Notes under the pieces: model-generated
What the model was told of the DNA's origin: nothing
The model's input: the letters and a program-made list of their open reading frames with translations, nothing else
Database searches by the model: none
In this document: positions 58,207 through 64,000 of the stretch, piece after piece
How the letters are laid out: each line of letters begins with the position of its first letter
How positions within the stretch are numbered: position 1 is the stretch's first letter
Assembly (NCBI GenBank): GCA_944388935.1
Contig: CALXKK010000001.1
Coordinates: forward strand, 62,344-126,343
DNA: 64,000 bases
Origin: an uncultured Clostridia bacterium
Lineage (GTDB): Bacteria > Bacillota > Clostridia > TANB77 > CAG-508
Reading direction: 5' to 3'
Program-made: the position numbers and the translations under genes

Positions 58207-60796
58207 CTTTTTTTATTCCTTTCTCAAATATGCATATTCCAATGAACATTAGAATAGAAACTGTTGATAATAATAATCCTAACTTAAATCCTCTTGGAAT
58301 AAAGTATAAATGAATTTCATATTCTCCTGGTTCTAATTCAATACCACAAAAAACATTGCTCATTCCCTTTACTTCTACTTTCTCCCCATTAACAGTTGCT
58401 CTCCAGCCATCATCATAAGAAATTGGTAGTACAAGATATGATTCATTAGTTACTGTTGCTTTTCCATCTAAAGCATTTTTTTCTATTTTCTCTATAGAAA
58501 ATTTATTTTCATCTTGATTTAAGTTTTGAATTTGTTCTTTAATTTTTTCATTATCTGTCGCATAAATATAAATATTATGATTTGGATCATATGTTTCTTT
58601 ATCTACTCCAATTTCAAATTCATAACTTTCTCCTTCATTCAAATGTTTAATTCCTTTAATTCCTGCTTCAGTTGACCATAAATCTGCATATTTCTCAAAT
58701 TGTGGCTCTCCATCTTTATAAAGCTGTAACTCCCAATCACTATACAAATATAAATTAGTATCCTTTTTAGCTGTTACTTTATATTTCCACTTAATTTCTC
58801 CATCATTTTCTTCTTCATCAATTGTACAACTTAATAAATCTTTTGCATCTTGTATAGGTTCCATATATTTTTCTCCACTATTATTTTTTCCCATACTAGA
58901 TAAAATTTCATTTTGCATTTCAAATGGATTTTCAGCCTCTGTTATATTTTCATTTACAAAATATCCAAATGGAATTGTATTTTCATTTTCATATAAATAA
59001 TAACCATCTATTGTGTCAATTAACTTAAATCCATAAATCTCATTTTCTTCTAATGGATGAGCTGTAATATAATATTTTACACCTGCTAAGGTATAATTAA
59101 AATATGTACCACTAAATGAAGTAATCCACAATTGCTCATCTCTTTGAATGTTATAGCCTAACTTATACATATTTTCAATTGTGTCTCTATTTCTGGCAGA
59201 AGTAAAATACCCAATATTACTATAACCATATTTTAAAGACATATTGCTACCAAAATTATCTGGTATAAATACAATACGATCAGTTTCCTTATTATCAACA
59301 TATTTTAATAATTCTTCCATAGGTTTATCATATTTTGTTACATGCTCTTCTGTAAAATATTTATCATTAGAGATAGCACTATGTCTCATACCAATTCCTA
59401 AATCAAAACATACAATTATTACTAAAAGAATAGTCCATAATTGTTTTCTTTTTACAACCAATGTTTGCATAGAAAATATAATCCACATAATTACAAATGT
59501 TACGCAAGATAAAATAATAGAAGAATAACTTATTTCATAATTATCAGATGTTAAATATCCTAATTTTTTTATTATAATCTCAATAGCAGTCAATATAAAA
59601 AATATAATTCCACTTATTATCAAATGTTTCTTTTTTATTACTATTCTATTTTGATATGCTCTAAAAGCCATTAATATTAGCATAAAGCTAAGTGCAAATG
59701 AATAACGATAGTTAAAGCAATTTGGTCTTGCAAATCCATGCCACATTTTATCCATAAATGGTGATATTATTGGCAACAACAAGAATATTACTACAAGTGA
59801 AAAAAATATTTTTTCCTTTTTAGATATTTTAGAATTCATGTAATAAGTTGGAAGTAGTAATAATGTAAGTGTTCCTGAAAACACTAGACAAGATTTTTGC
59901 TCAAATAGGTAATTATAATTATTGAAAATGACATTAAAAAATAATCTAATTTTATCTATGTCAAAATCAAATAATTTTATTGGGTCTTTTATCATGTTTC
60001 CACTTAATTGTATTAAACTAGGTATAAATAAAAACATAATTAAGCCAAAAGAAATCACAATACCAAGCAAAAACTTAAATAGTGATTTTATAAATTTTAG
60101 TATACTTTCTTTTGTAAAAAATTTTCCTTTAATTTCAATAAAATATTTTGCTAAGTAATAAATTCCTGAGAAAAATGCTACCATGAATCCTATATAATAA
60201 CTTGTATATAAAGTGTATGCAAGTGCAAGTATATATGGATATATTTTTTTAGTTTTTATATATTTATCTACAAAAATTAAAACAATTGGTAACATATAAA
60301 CAGCATCAAGCCACATGATATGAAAAGCATAACTCATAACATAAGCAGAAAATGTGTACATAAGCCCAAATAAAACGGTATCTCTCTTTTTGTATTGATA
60401 TGATTTGCTTAAAAATAGCATAAAAAAGTTTCCAATTAAAATTAGTTTAATTAGTGTTATTAATTCCACAAACCAATACATATTTTCTGGTTTAAAAAAT
60501 ACAACCAATAAATTAAGTGGAGAAGCCAGATAATAAGCAAATGTTGTTAAAAAATTATTTCCTAATCCTAAATTCCATGACATTAAGAGACTTTTACCAT
60601 GTAATAAAACTTCTCTAAAATAACAAAAGAAATTCAAATATTGTTGATAAGCATCACTTTTTAAAATCGTTTTATCTCCAAATGGAACTACATTTATTAT
60701 TATAAGATAAATAATATACATAACAATAATTAGTAATGTTAAAATAGTGTATCTACTTTTAAAAAATTTAATAATTTTATCTTTGATTTTTTCCAT
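58178..60796 (-). CDS. YfhO-family GT-C membrane glycosyltransferase (paralogue 2)
   Basis: 872 aa, same architecture. Overlaps the downstream paralogue by 29 nt. Confidence 0.65.
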   Translation of the reverse strand: MEKIKDKIIKFFKSRYTILTLLIIVMYIIYLIIINVVPFGDKTILKSDAYQQYLNFFCYFREVLLHGKSLLMSWNLGLGNNFLTTFAYYLASPLNLLVVFFKPENMYWFVELITLIKLILIGNFFMLFLSKSYQYKKRDTVLFGLMYTFSAYVMSYAFHIMWLDAVYMLPIVLIFVDKYIKTKKIYPYILALAYTLYTSYYIGFMVAFFSGIYYLAKYFIEIKGKFFTKESILKFIKSLFKFLLGIVISFGLIMFLFIPSLIQLSGNMIKDPIKLFDFDIDKIRLFFNVIFNNYNYLFEQKSCLVFSGTLTLLLLPTYYMNSKISKKEKIFFSLVVIFLLLPIISPFMDKMWHGFARPNCFNYRYSFALSFMLILMAFRAYQNRIVIKKKHLIISGIIFFILTAIEIIIKKLGYLTSDNYEISYSSIILSCVTFVIMWIIFSMQTLVVKRKQLWTILLVIIVCFDLGIGMRHSAISNDKYFTEEHVTKYDKPMEELLKYVDNKETDRIVFIPDNFGSNMSLKYGYSNIGYFTSARNRDTIENMYKLGYNIQRDEQLWITSFSGTYFNYTLAGVKYYITAHPLEENEIYGFKLIDTIDGYYLYENENTIPFGYFVNENITEAENPFEMQNEILSSMGKNNSGEKYMEPIQDAKDLLSCTIDEEENDGEIKWKYKVTAKKDTNLYLYSDWELQLYKDGEPQFEKYADLWSTEAGIKGIKHLNEGESYEFEIGVDKETYDPNHNIYIYATDNEKIKEQIQNLNQDENKFSIEKIEKNALDGKATVTNESYLVLPISYDDGWRATVNGEKVEVKGMSNVFCGIELEPGEYEIHLYFIPRGFKLGLLLSTVSILMFIGICIFEKGIKKDDKKNISKV

Positions 60797-60980
60797 TATT
60801 TTCTCCCTTATTTTATATATTAAAATATAATTTCTTTATTCTATAATTATTTTTTTGTTTAATTAATAGTTTTATAATTTATAGTATTTTTCTTAAATCA
60901 GTTCGAGAATATAGTATCATTTTTCGTTTTATTATTCAACTTTTTTTATGGATTTTTTAAGCATTCCCTTTATAACTATA

Positions 60981-61025
60981 AAAAAATGGTAAATTAATTT
61001 TAAAATATTAATTTACCATTTTTAA
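60981..61025. terminator. Bidirectional hairpin terminator
   Basis: AAAAAATGGTAAATTAAT-tttaaaat-ATTAATTTACCATTTTTAAT, a 13-bp perfect stem flanked by A-run and T-run. Confidence 0.55.
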
Positions 61026-61088
61026 TAAATTTATCCAATTATATCTACTCAAGCCAAATTAATATTCGCTTGAAATTTTCTATTCTTA

Positions 61089-64000
61089 TCAAATTATTCT
61101 TAAATAATCTGATGCAACAAAACCTTTTGTTCCATTATCAAAAATTACTAAATCCCACCAATGGTTATCATAATAATAAGAATCCTTTATTATGCGAGTT
61201 CCTGTTGTTCCATTTTTTAGACTTGCCAAAATAGAAGTATTCTTAGTGCTAGGTCCATTTCTCACATTAACCGTTGAACCAGTATTTACAATTACTCTCT
61301 CACTACAATTTGAAGGATCATCTACATATTGCAAATAATTACCTGAACAATATCCAATATTTCCTGTTGATGTAAAAACTTTGTGCCATCCGTTATCATA
61401 TCTTTCCATAGAAATTAGAATTGTTCCATTTTGTAATCTGCCTATATCAGCATATTGTTGGCTAGGTCCATCTCTAAGCACTAATGATCCACTTACTTTT
61501 ACATGCACATACCTTGGTTTAGAATCTGTTAAATTTGGTGCAACAACACTATTTCCTTGACCATTTGGCCTAACTGCTGGTGTGTTTGGCATATTCTCAT
61601 ATACTGGTATAATAAATTTAATTGCATTATCTAAAGTTCCTGTATCTACGTAAGCACTTCTAAATATTCTTGCTTCGCTATATGCAGCTGATAAATTTTG
61701 CATATATTGATGAGTATAGAAGCCTCCGGGACTATTTGGATTTACATCAAATTTATTTAAATACAATGTGTTCTGATTAGCATCCAAATATCCTTTTCTT
61801 ATAAATCTTATTCCTCCTTCAATTCCTTTTTGCATACTATCCCAACCTTCAGCTTTAGCTTTTGCTAAAGCTGTAGCGACATCATTTCCTACTACTGCAC
61901 CTATATTAAATGGATTAAAATATGTTTTACCATCTCCTCCATCCATATATATTGTATCTGCACCATATCGTCCCTGTTCTTGGAATAGTCTAGCAATAAT
62001 ATAATATGGGTTTACATTTTGATGCTTACAAGATATTCTAACATCCTCTGCAAAGTCATGTAAAAAAGTGTCATTTACTTGATACTGAATAGATTCTATT
62101 GTTGCTCCACTGTTTTCAAAATCCGATAAATCTACAAACTGAAAAACATCTATATCATTCAAAAAATTTCTGGTGTCCATAAAATATGCTATTCCATTAT
62201 AAGAAGCAGAAGCCCAATTTCCACTAACATAAGGGTTCGGAGCAATCCAATCTCCTTTATATACATTTGTATCTACTAAATTTGCAGTTCTATTTGCATA
62301 TTCATATTCTCCTTTAACAGCTGTATAAAAATCGATACCCGTATATAATATTTCAAATTGCCAGTTTGGATGAGCATTTGCTAATTTATCAACATTTTCA
62401 GCAATTCCTGGATATTTATTTGAATCTATGCTAACGCCTATACCTGTTTTTATAAAAACAAATCTCTGTTTTATATTTTTTTCATTATAATATATTTGAA
62501 TTTTCGAGCCATTTTCTATTGGGCCATTTATATCCAATGTTAGACTATAGTCATTAAGTGGTATTATTCCCATACTTCCATTACCATTGTCTCTAATAAT
62601 CCATTTTTGGGTATCATTGTCGTTCCATTCATATTGTATTACATCCGTTCCACTTGCCATATTATTATTTTTTACGGTTAAATATTTATCACTATGGCAA
62701 AAAGAAATTCTATAATATCCATTTACATATTGTATATTAAATTTTTGGGCTTTCATATTTAAATTTTCCCAAATTTGTACTCTTCCATTATTTTCTGTAT
62801 TACTAGCAGATGCTTCTATTACTATATTCTTATTTGCCATTGGAGCTATTTGATAGATGCCACTTACTATTGTTCTCTCACTTTTACTTTCTATTTTTTC
62901 TAACTTAAACTCTTGTCCAGCTCCTCCACTTTTTTCATAAACTTGAATATTCGTTCCATTGGCTGAACTAGAATAACGTGCATCTAAATATAGTGAATCT
63001 CTTTTAGATATTATGTTGTAATTTCCAAATTCATTTTTCTTTATTATCCATTTTTGATTATCATTTCCTCCATTATTCTCCCATTGGTCAACATTTGATT
63101 CGTTTCCTCTTCCCACAACATCTATTCTTTTTCCAGAATGTATTGGGACTATTTCATAATAACCATTTCCATCATAAACTAAATTAAATTGTTGTTGAGC
63201 TACATTTGCATAACTCCATATGTGCACATTAACTCCATTCCCTAACTTGCCACCATCTACAGTTAAACTCTGAGTTAGAGCATTTGCTAAGACAATTTTA
63301 TAGGTTCCCTCTTCTACAGTTTTTTCTCCTATTGGCACTTCACTATCTAATATTTTAAATTTCTGATTATCTTGCCCTGTAAAATTTTCTACACACAATA
63401 AGTCACAATTTGCTCCATTTCCTTTTACTGATAGATATAATCCATTAATTTTCGAAATAATATAATAATACCCACCTCCTGCATCTTTAACTATCCATTT
63501 TTGGTTATCGTTTCCTCCATTGTACTCCCATTGGTCTATCAAAGTTCCACTTTCTACTCCTGAACCAACTACATCTAATAATTTTCCAGATTTTATATTT
63601 TTTATTGTATAATATCCTTCTTCATTGTAAATAAATTTAAACCTCTGTTGGTCCACCATTATATAATCCCATAAATTTATATTTGCTCCATTTTCTATTC
63701 TTCCTCCATCTACTCCAACTGCTCTTCCACTTAATTTTGTTATTATCTTATTTGTAGTATCACCCTGAATTGTTTCTGTACCTTTTTCATCTATTCTTTC
63801 TATAAAAAACTCTTGTGTCTTTGCATTAGTCCCAGTTTCTACATTAACATTTTCATTATTTGCTCCTTTTCCATTTTCTAAGTTTAAATATAACCCATTT
63901 AATTTTGACCTTATCTTATATGCCTCTGCCCCTTTTTCTATTACCCATTTTTGATTAGCATGTCCTCCGTTATACTCCCATTGGTTAACATTAGTTCCAC
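61089..64000 (-). CDS. Cell-wall hydrolase: ricin-B lectin (beta-trefoil) repeats, GH73-like N-acetylglucosaminidase, two SH3b domains; 5' end beyond the window
   Basis: Repeated QxW/(D/A)NQKW lectin motifs. Central YYIIARLFQEQGRYGAD and YTHQYMQNLSAAYSEA resemble GH73 catalytic motifs. C-terminal SH3b-like repeats (VLRDGPS...GWHKV; NVRNGPS...HWWDL). Hand translation shows the frame is open upstream of the Met at 63659 through to position 64000. Confidence 0.7.
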   Translation of the reverse strand, partial: GTNVNQWEYNGGHANQKWVIEKGAEAYKIRSKLNGLYLNLENGKGANNENVNVETGTNAKTQEFFIERIDEKGTETIQGDTTNKIITKLSGRAVGVDGGRIENGANINLWDYIMVDQQRFKFIYNEEGYYTIKNIKSGKLLDVVGSGVESGTLIDQWEYNGGNDNQKWIVKDAGGGYYYIISKINGLYLSVKGNGANCDLLCVENFTGQDNQKFKILDSEVPIGEKTVEEGTYKIVLANALTQSLTVDGGKLGNGVNVHIWSYANVAQQQFNLVYDGNGYYEIVPIHSGKRIDVVGRGNESNVDQWENNGGNDNQKWIIKKNEFGNYNIISKRDSLYLDARYSSSANGTNIQVYEKSGGAGQEFKLEKIESKSERTIVSGIYQIAPMANKNIVIEASASNTENNGRVQIWENLNMKAQKFNIQYVNGYYRISFCHSDKYLTVKNNNMASGTDVIQYEWNDNDTQKWIIRDNGNGSMGIIPLNDYSLTLDINGPIENGSKIQIYYNEKNIKQRFVFIKTGIGVSIDSNKYPGIAENVDKLANAHPNWQFEILYTGIDFYTAVKGEYEYANRTANLVDTNVYKGDWIAPNPYVSGNWASASYNGIAYFMDTRNFLNDIDVFQFVDLSDFENSGATIESIQYQVNDTFLHDFAEDVRISCKHQNVNPYYIIARLFQEQGRYGADTIYMDGGDGKTYFNPFNIGAVVGNDVATALAKAKAEGWDSMQKGIEGGIRFIRKGYLDANQNTLYLNKFDVNPNSPGGFYTHQYMQNLSAAYSEARIFRSAYVDTGTLDNAIKFIIPVYENMPNTPAVRPNGQGNSVVAPNLTDSKPRYVHVKVSGSLVLRDGPSQQYADIGRLQNGTILISMERYDNGWHKVFTSTGNIGYCSGNYLQYVDDPSNCSERVIVNTGSTVNVRNGPSTKNTSILASLKNGTTGTRIIKDSYYYDNHWWDLVIFDNGTKGFVASDYLRII

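Overview
This is a 64 kb chromosomal segment from a low-GC (~27 % GC) spore-forming Firmicute, Clostridium-like. The spore-former call rests on a Spo0E-like gene, Spo0A boxes and a DUF1540 small protein. Nearly all genes are on the minus strand. About three quarters of the window is housekeeping: smpB, a 1-Cys peroxiredoxin, fba, an apparent argS-glmM-metG-DUF3006-ComEC-like MBL-GT-C operon, a Ca-type P-type ATPase, a small alarmone synthetase, Asp23, a heterodimeric ABC exporter with one degenerate ATPase site, a VanY-like carboxypeptidase, galE, a lytic transglycosylase, polA, an M20D amidohydrolase, dapL, an ABC-F ATPase, a cysteine-synthase-family gene, ruvB and prs. An accessory segment lies between about 38.4 and 47.6 kb. 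It is punctuated by six copies of a ~29-nt hairpin repeat (GAACTTTAGGGACGGACCTTAAAAGTTCA), and a seventh pair sits at 23.75 kb. Two inverted copies flank a RAYT-type Y1 (IS200-like) transposase gene, which looks like a REP/REPIN–RAYT system. The segment also carries a 1115-aa intracellular protein with internal repeats, a degenerate ProA-like protein, a RhuM-family protein and a QueH–GNAT fusion. Downstream of the segment are an epsilon/zeta-type toxin–antitoxin pair and a cell-envelope glycosylation cluster: a GtrB/CsbB-like GT2, two tandem YfhO GT-C paralogues, further GT-C-like membrane proteins, and a ricin-B/GH73/SH3b wall hydrolase that runs off the window end. Two small genes missing from the ORF track were found by eye. 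One is a Spo0E-like phosphatase with three tandem 0A boxes in its promoter. The other is a DUF1540 protein. A ~0.5 kb insert carrying one ORF has ~43–47 % GC (13.28–13.87 kb) and looks horizontally acquired. No rRNA, tRNA, tmRNA, CRISPR array or T-box was found.
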